Source of the DNA: Gekko japonicus
Lineage: Eukaryota
Length of the DNA stretch: 62,676 nt
Direction of reading: 5' to 3'
NCBI RefSeq assembly: GCF_001447785.1
Contig: NW_015168051.1
Span: 1,017,114 to 1,079,789 of the forward strand
In this document: one piece after another, positions 39,251 to 50,825 of the stretch
Position numbering within the stretch: position 1 is the stretch's first letter
Layout of the letters: the number at the start of each line of letters is the position of its first letter
Position numbers and translations under genes: made by a program
Notes under the pieces: model-generated
The model's database searches: none
Seen by the model: the letters and a program-made list of their open reading frames with translations, nothing else
What the model was told of the DNA's origin: nothing

Positions 39251-39852
39251 ATTGACAGTTAAACTGTAGTTCAAGGGGTGTAAAAAAAAACCAAATAGGT
39301 TTCTGGGTACTGAAATCACATCAGCTGGACTCCCAGCTGAGCGCTGCACCACTGGCTTCTCATTTCTCCACTTGCATGCACAAATGCTTTGGCAGCGACA
39401 TTCCAAGCCCTCTTTTTCTCCTCCTCCCAAGGAAGCAGTGCCTGGTAAAAGCTCCATTAATTAAATTAGTGACCCCTCACACCCCAGCGACCCACCTAAA
39501 AAATTCCTAGTTATGTGTCTGATGCTTGTCCCAAACAGTATAGGGCTTTAAAGGTCTATACCAGCACCTTGAATTGGGCCCAAAAGCAAAGTGGAAGCCA
39601 ATGTATATGGAACAAGACTGGAGTCAACATTCTGACCACAGCATTTTGTACCAACTGTAGCTTCTGGACAGTCTTCAGGGGCAGTAATGTAATCTAGATG
39701 TTACCAGGGCATAGACCACAGTAGCAAAAACTACCCCCCCCCCCGGAAGCTGTTTCACCAGCCCTGGCCACTTCTGTCACCTGTTTATCCTTCAGGAGAC
39801 CCAGGTCCAAGAGCATGCCAAAGCTACGAACCTACTCTTTTAGGGGAAGTTC

Positions 39853-40621
39853 TGTTACACGGATTGCCTGGGGCAGTACATGTATATTAGAGCTTTTTAT
39901 ACTCATATATACGAGGATCAAATTGCGAGAGATACCAGTGGAAGGAAGAGACCTTTTGATTGAATAAATGGCGTTTATTATTGTAAATAAATGCAAAGTT
40001 CACACTACTCACTCATGCAAACATAATAACAACAGGTCAACACACAGATAGCTAGGAAATAGAGAGGTGATAGATAGTGACAAGAAGGAGGTTGATTTTG
40101 GATAGGACAATATTCACCTGATCCTGGAATCCATGTGGAAGAAGGAGGACATGGCCGACCAACAGTTCATGTCAAAGGCTCAGACAGAGTCTGAGGGTAC
40201 ACTCTTATGGGCACCTCAAGTGCTGTACAAAAGTTGAGGTGCAGAGTGCCAGTTTAAATGTGGTTTGGAGAGCCAGGGATGGGCTGGCCCAGGTGTAATG
40301 AGTAGCCAGATTAAAACTTGAGTCTGTGCAGGATGCTTAGTTTCACCAGTGTTTGTGTTTCTGTGTGCTAGTAGCTCGAATGGAGAATTGTGGTAGACTC
40401 TCGAAATTACTTCAAAGGAAACAGTGTAGTTTACTAAGGTGATGGCAGGGTCAGGGAAGATGGGATTAGTATGGCTAAGCTGGCCATCTCTGTTGATTGT
40501 ATCAGTCATGAAATCCTGTATATGTGCTTGCTCACAGTACTAGTTGGCTTAGTTCCTCCTGAGCCTGTCAGGCTGGTTCAAAATGGGGTCTTTTCTGGAT
40601 CTCTGTTGCCTGCCCGTGACA
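39853..40621 (-). mobile_element. probable solo LTR inserted in an L2 fragment (39510-39850, - strand)
   Basis: Termini TGTTAC / GTGACA and AATAAA on the - strand at about 39974. No clear TSD. An alternative end is at 40708. Confidence 0.55.
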
Positions 40622-40971
40622 GACCAATGTGAGGTGTGGGACCTTAGTCTTACTGCCTTTCTGGCTGCTGGATCCCTCCGAGGTTTTTTGGGGAGAGCAC
40701 GTTTAACACAGGTATATCAGGGTAGATATCCCATTTCCTGAGTCAAACTTTCCCTCCACCAGTAGCAGCTCATGGTATTGTATATGTGTGTTTGGTGGGG
40801 TGGTACCCAGGACATATAGTAGTCATGTGGCTCTTTGGGTTGTTGGTAATTGTGAATATGGCTCTCAGGGGAGATGGATCAATAGCAGAAGGGAAAAAAG
40901 ACCAGTAAAACAAACTCAATGAGAGAGACAGTACAGTAATCCATGGGTATTAAAGCCACGTGTGTTAGTAG

Positions 40972-41591
40972 TAGAGATGTGAAGGCCCGGAAAAAACCCA
41001 GAAAAATTAGGGGGAAAACCTTTTTTTCCCTGAAGCATTTTTTGTATATTTCCGAAAAATTGGAAAAATTGAAAAAAGAAAAAAAAATGATAATGGAACA
41101 TTTTATTTTAACATGATGAATAAAATATTTTTAAGGTGTTCAAATATTTTCCATATATATATATGGTATCAGATTGATCTAATTTCTGCATACTGAGGAC
41201 AAGCAAGTCCTAGGTTACAAACTGAACTCTCCAATGCAAGAACAAGGTGCATTCCTTCCTTTAGGAGGTGCTATTGTCAGAAGAAAATAAAAAGGTTTCA
41301 GGGGTTTTTTTGCATGTGGGTGGGTATTGTATTTGTAATAATTGTTTGGATACACTATATTTTTAATATGCTAGTTGTGATAATTTCATGCCAAGTAAAA
41401 ATGTCCATAGTCATATTTTATGTTCCTAAAGTAACAGAATGACTTCCGATCTAGAAAAGACAAAAGAAATGCTAATGTAGCATTTTTTTCATTTTTTCTG
41501 AAAATTTCAATTTTTTTCAAAAAAAAAAAAACCTGGGAAAAAACTGGGTTTTTTTCCGAGCTTCAAAATTTCCGGAAATTTTACATCTCTA
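40972..41591. mobile_element. non-autonomous hAT element
   Basis: TIRs TAGAGATGTGAA / TTACATCTCTA. Perfect 8-bp TSD GTTAGTAG at 40964-40971 and 41592-41599. Subterminal CCGGAAA/GAAAAA repeats. Confidence 0.92.
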
Positions 41592-41957
41592 GTTAGTAGC
41601 AGATCCTATATAGGCTGTTCCATTCTCCTCCTAGAGTAGTTCTTAATCACATGTAATAATTGGGTCAGCTGACGAAAAATGTTTTCAGGATCAGGTGGTA
41701 CCATTTGGGTCTCTCCTTCTTCCTTGGTAACAGAGCAAGCAGTAATTATGCATGGCTGCAGAGCAGACAAGGCCAGTCCTGAGAAATAATTGGTAATCTC
41801 CACCCAGGACAATGGTGACCTCTCCATGAGTTATTTCTAAGGACCTCTCAAATTATCCAGTGATAGGTTCAAATACAATAGCAGCCTTTTTGAAGCTGAA
41901 GTTACATCTGGCCCTGTCCTTTCAGGCTACAGGGATAGAGCAACAGAGGAGCTAGGC

Positions 41958-42760
41958 CAGGGGTGTTGAACTCATTTGTTATGAGGGCCGGATCTGTCAT
42001 AAATGAGATCTTGTTGGGCCAGGCCATGTGTGTCATAAAATGTATTGCCAGGTAGCAGAGATATAAACTTTATAAAGGACACAAACACAATTAAAGATTT
42101 TTTAAACTTTAAATAAAACAAGAAAGAGGACCCGCGAAACTCGCGGGGGGGGGAGCTCCAAACTGAGCAGGCGGAGGAGGAACCAGCAGGAGCAGGTAAG
42201 CCGCTCGCTCCAAAGCGAGGCCTCGCTGCCTCCCCCCCTTGCTCGCTCCAAAGCGAGGCCCGCGCGGCTTATAGCCGCAGGGCCTCGCCGGTCTCTCCCC
42301 CGCCCGCCTGCCAAGCCTTCTCCTGCCCTCCCATCCCCTGTGGCAGTGGCGAGGCAGTTCACAGAGCGTTCCCTGCACTTGCGCAGGGGACGCTCTGTTA
42401 CTTTTGGGGGGATTTAAGAATCCCCCCGATATTTTTTTCAACTTTTTAGATTTTTGTGCACATTTTGTGCCCCAAATGTGCAGGAAACTTTCCCTCCCCC
42501 CCAGGTGCCCCCGATGTGCGGATTTAGATATCCGCATGCAGGGGGCGCCTTCGCTATTAGTATATAGATATGCTTAAAACACTAGCACTCTTGAAATATT
42601 TTGTCTATTTAATAGTGTCTGATAACTGACACCTCTTGCTCTGAGTTATTGCAGCAGCAGAACTGGAAAAGGAAGCAGGAAACAGCCAGGACCTTGCGGA
42701 CCAAATTGCAGCCCTCCGAGGGCCTGATCCAGCCCCCGGGCTGCATGTTTGACACCCCTG
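41958..42760 (+). mobile_element. hAT (Charlie-like) MITE containing a nested Helitron
   Basis: TIRs CAGGGGTGTTGAAC / GTTTGACACCCCTG. TSD AGCTAGGC / AGCTAAGC. Confidence 0.9.
42119..42568 (-). mobile_element. non-autonomous Helitron
   Basis: The minus strand reads A|TCTATATACTAATAG...CCCGCGA-GTT-TCGCGGG-TCCTCTTT-CTTG|T, with the hairpin at 42131-42147. No TSD. The empty site is visible in the sister MITE. Confidence 0.88.
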
Positions 42761-42808
42761 AGCTAAGCAAATGGTTGTAGTTGAGTGACTCACAAGAAGA
42801 ATTTAGTG

Positions 42809-43254
42809 CAGGGGTGTCAAACATGCGGCCTGGGGCTGAATCAGGCCCCCGGAGGGCTTCTGTCAGGCCTGCAGTGGAACTGGCTGTCTTCTTCTTCTTC
42901 TTCTTCTTCTTCTTCCAGTTCTGCTGCTGCTGAAGGTCAATAGGTTTGCTGCTTACAGTTACACACCTGAACTGCATACTCAAGATTGCAACAGCACAGA
43001 CATTTTGATGTAATAATTCAGAGCAAGAGGTGTCGGTTATCAGACACTGTTAAATAAACAAAATATTGCAAGAGTGCTAATGTTTTAAGCATGTTTTTAT
43101 TTTAAGTTAAAAAAAACAACTTTGAGGCTGTGTCCTTTATAAAGTTTATATCTCTGCTACCTGGCATTACGTTTTATGACACACATGGCCTGGCCCAACA
43201 AGGTCTCATTTATGTCAGATCCAGCCCTCATAACAAATGAGTTCGACACCCCTG
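42809..43254 (-). mobile_element. second copy of the same hAT MITE, inverted
   Basis: TIRs CAGGGGTGTCAAAC / GTTCGACACCCCTG. Reverse-complement similarity to 41958-42760. Internal (CTT)9 at 42888-42914. TSD is weak (5/8). Confidence 0.88.
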
Positions 43255-43392
43255 ACCTAATGCCTTGAATAGCTGCAGCCTTTTAATACTTAAGTGAGGT
43301 ATGACCCTGCTCTCTCAGTCAGATTGATAGGACAAAAGTTACTGATACTGAAACACTACTTTTTGGGAAATGAGGTGATATTTATTTATGTT

Positions 43393-43717
43393 CAAGACGC
43401 TGAACTGCAGGCTGTGGAAGGTCAGTAGTTCAGCAGTTCGAGACCCGGGTGCCGCATGATGGAGTGAACTCCCATCTCTAGTTCCAGCTCCTGCCAACCT
43501 AGCAGTTCGAAAGCAAGACATTACAAGTAGATAAATAGGTACCACTTCGGTGGGAAGGTAACAGCGTTCCATGTGCCTTGGTGTTTAGTCATGCCGGCCC
43601 CATGACCACGGAAACATCTTCGGACAGCGCTGGCTCTTCAGCTTTGAAACGGAGATGAGCACCGCAACCCTAGAGTCGGATTCGACTGGTTTTCGAGTTA
43701 GGGAACCTTTACCTTTA
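43393..43717 (+). mobile_element. Sauria SINE (slightly 5'-truncated)
   Basis: Near-identical to 5085-5434 and ends ACCTTTACCTTT. Confidence 0.9.
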
Positions 43718-43960
43718 CTAGCAGCCTAAATGGTGAAGGTATTCAGCCACTGATATTCTGTTATTTACAGGTCAGTAATGTAGCCCTCTTATTTTTAAGG
43801 TGACAAGGGTCCATATGGAATACAACATAATCAAATATAAGAAAAATAATACTGAGTAAGGTCTTTCAAAATATTTTCTTTGGTTCTAATTTCTGTTTAA
43901 GGTGATAGCCATATGAGCAGTACTATGAGTATGAGAGATAGTATGAGAGATAGAACATCA

Positions 43961-45723
43961 TCTCTCCCTTATTATAATTGAATAGCAACGTTCTATATTG
44001 CAACGTTCTAAATTTGGCCCCTTTAGTGTTAGGCCGGTGGGACTGCCACTTACCATATCTACTGACCAATAAGAAGCCGAAGCCCGGTCCCGCCCACACC
44101 ACCACTGCTGCGAGTCCACTGGGCGTCCCGCCCAGCGTTTCAAGGTCTTTTGCATGTGGAAGCTGATTGGACTTCACTCCATTCCACACCTCAAACTCCC
44201 CCCCCCCCGNNNNNNNNNNNNNNNNNNNNNNNNNNNNNNNNNNNNNNNNNNNNNNNNNNNNNNNNNNNNNNNNNNNNNNNNNNNNNNNNNNNNNNNNNNN
44301 NNNNNNNNNNNNNNNNNNNNNNNNNNNNNNNNNNNNNNNNNNNNNNNNNNNNNNNNNNNNNNNNNNNNNNNNNNNNNNNNNNNNNNNNNNNNNNNNNNNN
44401 NNNNNNNNNNNNNNNNNNNNNNNNNNNNNNNNNNNNNNNNNNNNNNNNNNNNNNNNNNNNNNNNNNNNNNNNNNNNNNNNNNNNNNNNNNNNNNNNNNNN
44501 NNNNNNNNNNNNNNNNNNNNNNNNNNNNNNNNNNNNNNNNNNNNNNNNNNNNNNNNNNNNNNNNNNNNNNNNNNNNNNNNNNNNNNNNNNNNNNNNNNNN
44601 NNNNNNNNNNNNNNNNNNNNNNNNNNNNNNNNNNNNNNNNNNNNNNNNNNNNNNNNNNNNNNNNNNNNNNNNNNNNNNNNNNNNNNNNNNNNNNNNNNNN
44701 NNNNNNNNNNNNNNNNNNNNNNNNNNNNNNNNNNNNNNNNNNNNNNNNNNNNNNNNNNNNNNNNNNNNNNNNNNNNNNNNNNNNNNNNNNNNNNNNNNNN
44801 NNNNNNNNNNNNNNNNNNNNNNNNNNNNNNNNNNNNNNNNNNNNNNNNNNNNNNNNNNNNNNNNNNNNNNNNNNNNNNNNNNNNNNNNNNNNNNNNNNNN
44901 NNNNNNNNNNNNNNNNNNNNNNNNNNNNNNNNNNNNNNNTCCCCTGGAGAAAATGGATGCTTTGGAGGGTAGACCCTATGACATTATACCTGCTGAGTCC
45001 TTCTGCCCCCCCTCCAATGCTGCCCTCTACAGAATCCACTCCCCAAATCTCCAGGTATTTCCCTCCTTAGAGCTGGCAACCCTACATTCCCCTCAGTGCC
45101 TGTTGGTAGGCAACTAAGCTTGGTCCTGTCACCTACTTTGGCCTTTGGGAGAAAACACATTGGGGCCAGTCCTGATAGAGTTGCCAACTCCAGATGGGAA
45201 ATTCCTGGAGATTTGAGGGATGGAGCCTGAAGAGGGTGAGGTTTGAGGAGGGGGTGGGACCTCAGACAGGTACAATGCCATAGACTCCACCCATCAAACT
45301 AATCAGTCCCACATAGGGACCCATTGTTGCCAATCTCCAGGTGAGTGCTGGAGAGCACTCAGAATTACAACTGCTCTGCAGAAGGGAGGGCAGAAGTCAG
45401 CTGAAGTCAAAGGGGCAGATAATGGTAGGTTGATGGTTAACTGGGAAGGAGATGGGGTTGCCAACTCCACCCTCCAAACCAGCCATTTTGTCCTGGGTAA
45501 CAATTGCTGCCAATCTCCAGGTGAGGGCTACAGATCACTCACAATTACAACTGCTCTTCAGGTAGCAGAGATCAGTTCCTCTGGAGAAAACAGTGAACTC
45601 TGTCATTATACCCTGCTGAGGTCACCACAGCAAATTGACACTGTTTGCCCAAAGCCAGAGCACTCCCCTAGAGCCTCTTTCTAGATCTCGTTGTATTGCT
45701 TTCACAACGGGCTTTACTGCTAG
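43961..45723 (+). mobile_element. non-autonomous Helitron (long copy, spans the assembly gap)
   Basis: 5' end A|TCTCTCCCTTATTATAATTGAATAG. Hairpin CTCGTTGT/ACAACGGG at 45687-45711 and CTAG|T at 45720-45724. Both ends are shared with 46798-47231. Confidence 0.82.
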
Positions 45724-46797
45724 TTTACAAAAATAATGGAAGCCCGCAACTTGAAGGACAAGCAGGGAATCTATGAGGACTCCAGGCTGGAATGTTGCCA
45801 CCATTGGCCCCTCTCCCCATGCTAATTCTGCTTTCTCACCACCATTCCCCTTGGTAGCTGGCACAGACTCTCCCTTTTCCTTGCTTCTTTCTGTTTACCC
45901 ACCTATCTGCGTCTCAGTGCCCTTTCCTTCCTCCCTTTAGCTATCTTTCAGTTTTTAGCTAGCTAGATGTCTGTCTGCTGTCCAGCATTCCCTCCCACTC
46001 AGTCCCTGCAGCCTCTCTCCTTTTCAGCTGCTTCTTTCCTTCCCACCTACCCTTTCAGTCTCCCCATCTGCCACTTTTACTCCAGCCCTTCCTATCTCCC
46101 CCTCGCAGTTTCTCCCTTGCCCTGTTTTCTTCCCTCCAGCCCTCACTTCCTTCTCTTTCTCTCCATTTTTCTTTCCTCCGTCCCCTCTAACTTTAGTCTC
46201 ACCCCCCCCCCCGGTCTTTCCTTCTTTTCTACTCCACCCATTCACTATGCCAAATGGTGGCAGCCATTTTGGATTACCTAAGCAACCAGAGTTGGAGGAG
46301 ATAAAAAGAAGCAGGTAATTCCACAAGATCTCAGCTTTTACAAACTTTTAATTTCACTTCCCTGTTCACTTTTTTTTTACCCCTCCTTTTTAAAGATTCT
46401 TCTGCAAACCCAGAGGTTCCTCAGGTTTGCAGAAATAACTCCCCTGTCTGCCCATGGTCCCATTGTGTAGATTTGTTGATCAGCATTCTGTGGCCATGTT
46501 AAGAATTAGATGTATAGATTTATGCTTGTGACAGATATAAGAGTAAAAACTGCACAGCAACACAGGAGCCAATGAGAACAGAGCTCTAACAAACCAATGA
46601 AAAACTGAGTGCTAAGAAGCCGAGTCAGTTAGGGCAGCTGGGAAGTGAGTGCTGGAAGCTGGAGAGAAGATGTTTATTAAGATCAAGTATAACATTTCAA
46701 AACATACAATACCTGCAAAACATTATGCAGAAGTCTTGAGAATCCAAAATTACAAACCAGTCAGTTAGTCACCAACAAATCATTAAACTACATCACA

Positions 46798-47231
46798 TCT
46801 CTCCTTATATATAATTGAATAGTGGGTGCCAAAGTTCTAATTCTAAAATGCACTCCCTTAGTGTATGGCTGATGGCACTGCTCCTCAGCATATATCGCCA
46901 CCAATCAGAAGGCAAAGCCCGGGTCCCGCCCACACCACAACTGCTGCGACAACCTGGTCTTTTGCATATGGAAGCTGATTGGACTTCACTCCATTCCACA
47001 CCTCAAACTCCCCCCCCCCGCATGCCAGTTGGAATGTCAGTTGTCTCTGGAACCTGCTGTAGCAGTTGGAATGTCAGTTGCATATGGAACCTGCTGTATT
47101 CTGGTGGTGTGCAGGTCCCAGATTCATGTTTTAAAAGCAGACTGACACTGTTTGCCCAAAGCCAGAGCACTCTCCCAGAGCCTCTTTCTAGATCCCGTTG
47201 TATTTATTTCCACAACGGGCCTTATTTCTAG
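46798..47231 (+). mobile_element. non-autonomous Helitron (short copy)
   Basis: 5' end A|TCTCTCCTTATATATAATTGAATAG. Hairpin CCCGTTGT/ACAACGGG at 47194-47219 and CTAG|T at 47228-47232. Confidence 0.9.
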
Positions 47232-47499
47232 TATAACATAACATAATAAGATGGTATCAATTCCGTTCACCTATCCCACAGTGCTGTTTGAACCATAAAT
47301 TCCAATGAATTGAGTCAAGTCTGTGTTAGTTTAACAGGACAGAGGGATACAGACCAGTGTACAAGGAAAAAAGATTTTTGATTAAATCCCCTTACACTGT
47401 CTGGGTAACTGAGTGTAAAGTAGTACTGAATTATAGCAAGTTTGGCTGTTTGTAACAGTATATCCAATATAATAAAGCTTCTTAAGCCTGCCAAGAGGG

Positions 47500-47700
47500 T
47501 AAGGTTGCCACCCTCCAGAGGGAGTTTGGAGTGCTTCCAGAATTACAATTCATGTCCCAACTACAGAGAACCATTCCATTGGAGAAAATGGCAGCGTTAG
47601 AGAGGGAACTCTATGGCATCACATTCCTGTGCACACACCCTCTGCAAACTCTTCCCTTCCCAGGCTCCACCCCCAAATATCCGGGAATTTCCTAACACCA
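47500..47700 (+). mobile_element. GGTTGCCA-type hAT MITE (3'-incomplete)
   Basis: Starts TAAGGTTGCCA and is collinear with 51476-51671. Confidence 0.65.
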
Positions 47701-48074
47701 CAGGAAGAGGTTTCTTGCAGGTACAGTTTTGAAAACTTCAATCCCTTATTTCATGATACCTGTTCCAGTTCAAGCTTGCTATTGTTATCCTTTTAAAGAA
47801 AATCCATCTTGTTTCTCTATGAAGTTTGCCTCAAACCTCAGTTATCAGTGACAGGCTTGGTTGGGTGTTATGTCCAAGCCAATTTCTATCCCAGAAAAAC
47901 ATTTGCACTGGTATTCTAGATGGAGAACAGGAAACTGAAAAAAACCTGGGGTGGTCTGGTGAGGTAAAGTTGTTAAAGCACACCCACCAGGAACATCGCA
48001 GTGCTTTACTCATAAAGTATGAATCATCAGAAAAGTTTATGGGGGGAAATGGCAGATGGTTTTTAGGTTATGCT

Positions 48075-48646
48075 ATTTCTGGGTTGTGTTGAAATTGGAT
48101 CTTTGTCTAAGGTAACCTGTTTGCCGATATCTTCTGATTTAAGTTGCAGTGACATCTGACTCTCTGTACGCTAGGTCAAGTCTGTGGCAGTGCACAAGAT
48201 CATTGTTGGCACTGTGGAACTAAACATGCTGCTGACTTGTTTAACATATATTAGCTTTGTTCCAAGATGAGACCCTTTTGGCTGTGATATACCTGAAGTG
48301 ATTTTGCTTGGTTATTGGAAAGACGAAGTAAATATCTCCGATTTGGTATTAGTGGTGAAACTGTTTACTACTGCTAAAATGTGTACTGCCTTTATTTGGG
48401 AAAAGGCTCCTCGTTTTTCAGTAGTCTAGATCAGAAAGAATTTAGGTTAGCTGCATTTATATCTAGAGATATTTTAGAAGATCAGAAGCAAATGAATCAG
48501 CTGATAAGAAGGACTGATTTTATTTATTGATTATTGTAATACTAGATTTCAGGGAAATATTAAACTTTTTGTTTTCTTTGATTTAATGAGGAATTACAAA
48601 GAGTTACTGAGAACACAGTAATTATTTTTGAAGAATGAAAGGTTGT
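48075..48646 (+). mobile_element. degenerate L1-clade 3' fragment
   Basis: CWHCGT-like motif at about 48204-48220 and an LFTTAKMC-like segment near 48360. Confidence 0.5.
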
Positions 48647-48654
48647 GATATTAC

Positions 48655-48860
48655 CAATGTTCCCTCTAAGCTGTGGAATCTTGTGAGCAAAAATTCTACT
48701 TTGTGAGCTGCTGGCATTAAAGGTGTGAGCGAGCGATTTGGCTGCTGCATAAATCAGTTTGCTCTGGAGCCATCCTTCCTGAGCTAGGACAAAAATGTGT
48801 GAGCTGGAGGCTAAAAACCTGTGAGCTAGCTCACAGTAATTCAGCTTAAACGGAACATTG
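48655..48860. mobile_element. hAT MITE
   Basis: TIRs CAATGTTCCCTCTAAGCTG / CAGCTTAAACGGAACATTG. Perfect TSD GATATTAC at 48647-48654 and 48861-48868. Confidence 0.93.
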
Positions 48861-48909
48861 GATATTACTGTCTTTTATTTTCATTTTCTGTTTTTATGTT
48901 TAAATAAAT

Positions 48910-49141
48910 ATTTTACTTCGTTTATTCCCTGCTTTTCCCCTTATGGGGACCCAAAGTGGCTTACATCATTCTCTTTTCCTCTGTTTCATCCTCGCAACAA
49001 CTCTGTGAGTTAGGTTAGGTTGATAGTATGTGGCTGGCCCTAGCCCAAGGTCACCCACCAAACTTCCATGGCAAAGTGGGCATTTGAACCTGGCTCTTCC
49101 AGATCCTGGTCGAATGCCCTAACTACTACACCATACTGGCT
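48910..49141 (-). mobile_element. tRNA-derived SINE
   Basis: The reverse complement starts AGCCAGTATGGTGTAGTAGTTAG. Related copies occur at about 24140-24310, 51180-51313, 57960-58190, 58910-59105 and 62030-62240. Confidence 0.75.
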
Positions 49142-49798
49142 GTTCAACAAATAACAAAAAGTGGGTGTGACAAGATATAATAAAGAGTGATTAATGTGAG
49201 ACAAAGCATTGATAGTGCGTGCATGGTCCTTCAGTTGCCAAACTGAATGCACCACCAGTCACAGCCAGTCCTACACACTGTACCATGCCACTTTTTTTTT
49301 TTGGCAGCTGGAGCCAGCCTGCATAACAGGCAGATCAAATGGATATTGGTGGATTTCCAATTCAAACAGGAAACCAAGCAGTCTTACTGTACTACTATTT
49401 ATATGCTCTTTCTCATACTCTACATCCAAACCCCACCAGGAACTTTAAAGTCATCTCTAGCTAGAGTTGTCAGCTACCGGATGGCACCTGGGGTCCCCAG
49501 GAATTATAGTTCATCTCCAAAATAGAGAGACCAGTTCCCATGGAGAAGCCAATCCATGTGTGCCATTCTTAGCCTCTTGGAGGAATGCAATAAATAAAGC
49601 TATTTTCTTTAAATGAGGTGGGGAAAAGGCAGATTCTGTAAGGCATTTTGAATTTGTTAGAATGCTCTTAAGTAGTATGTTTTTGAGGCCTAATGCACAC
49701 AGCAAAGTGTGTGTGTGTATATCAAGTTGACTACTTTAGACCTTACCAGTTCTTTTAGGACTCAAGACAGAAATACGCGCCGTTCAGAAGAACTGTAG

Positions 49799-50087
49799 GG
49801 ACATCCCTCCAGTGATGGATACCTTGTGGCTTTGGTCACTTAATTTAAAAAGTAAAGAACAGATACATCCTGTTGGGTCATCGTCTACAATATAGCTATT
49901 AACATCACTATGTAATTTTACCATCTAAAAAGCAAAGATGAATGCATACCTGTAAATCACTCAATTCATGTTGTAAACTGTTGCTTACTTGTTTTTACTA
50001 TTGTTACAAATCTTTTTGAAGCTTTGTAGTTAGCTTTTAATATGTATTTGGACATGAAAACCCAATAAAAACGTATTATACAAAAAA
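49799..50087 (+). mobile_element. short polyadenylated retro-insertion (L1 3' end or mRNA retrocopy tail)
   Basis: TSD AAGAACTGTAG at 49788-49798 and 50088-50098. AATAAA at 50064-50069 is followed by an A-run. Confidence 0.8.
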
Positions 50088-50606
50088 AAGAACTGTAGCA
50101 ATGTGTTGATGAACTGTGTTTTTTCCAGTTGCTACTCTAGTTAACTGCCATAAGTTTGTCTTTGATAAAGATCTTTTAAATTTTTATTTTGTGCTCTTCT
50201 GGGGGGTCTTGGCTGCACTGCTTCCTTAGGTTTCGTCCAGCCCTCCTCCTCTCCCCACGTTGAACAATCTGCACCCCTGCCTTCTAAGGAGCACCCCTGC
50301 CTTCTAAGGAATCTACAAAAAAGGGGCAAGAGAAGACATTCACCTCCCACCTCCTATCACGGGGGCTCCAGTTAGCACAAATATATGCATCTGTGCATGA
50401 ACAGAGATGGCACCTGTTGCATGGCTGTAGTAATTGCAGTTAATATGCCATGTGAAGTAATATACTCTTATGTACATGATCAGAGACTCTGTGGGTGTGT
50501 TTGGTTAGTGGTGTTTGAGCTTTACGACTTCTGTACAAAGTATGGTTTCTAATGGGTGTGTAAATGTAATTGCTTGAACTGTGTGCTGCCTCTCCAAGCT
50601 CCAGCT

Positions 50607-50825
50607 CGGGTTGCCAACTCTGAGTTGGGGGATTCCTGGGAATTTGGGGGCAGAGCTCAGGGAGAACAGCATTTGGGAAGAGGACGGAGCTCAGCTGGGA
50701 TGCGATGCCATAAATGTGATGCCGTCCTCTGAAGCTGTTTTCTTCCAGGGGAACTGATCTTTGTAGTCTCCAGCTCAGTTGAAATTCCAGGGGAACTCCA
50801 GGCAGCATCTGAAAGTTGCCATCCT
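50607..50825 (-). mobile_element. GGTTGCCA-type hAT MITE
   Basis: GGGTTGCCAAC at the left end. Reverse complement of the 51476 family. Confidence 0.7.

Noticed and set aside
41165-41210. U2 snRNA fragment on the minus strand
   Set aside because: Only about 9 nt (ATCTGATAC) match, which is chance level.
42102-42537. GC-rich ORFs suggesting a host gene exon or CpG island
   Set aside because: They lie almost entirely within the Helitron, and the ORFs reflect GC content. Kept only as possible cargo.
44150-45117. ORFs of 272-316 aa
   Set aside because: They span the 44210-44939 assembly gap.
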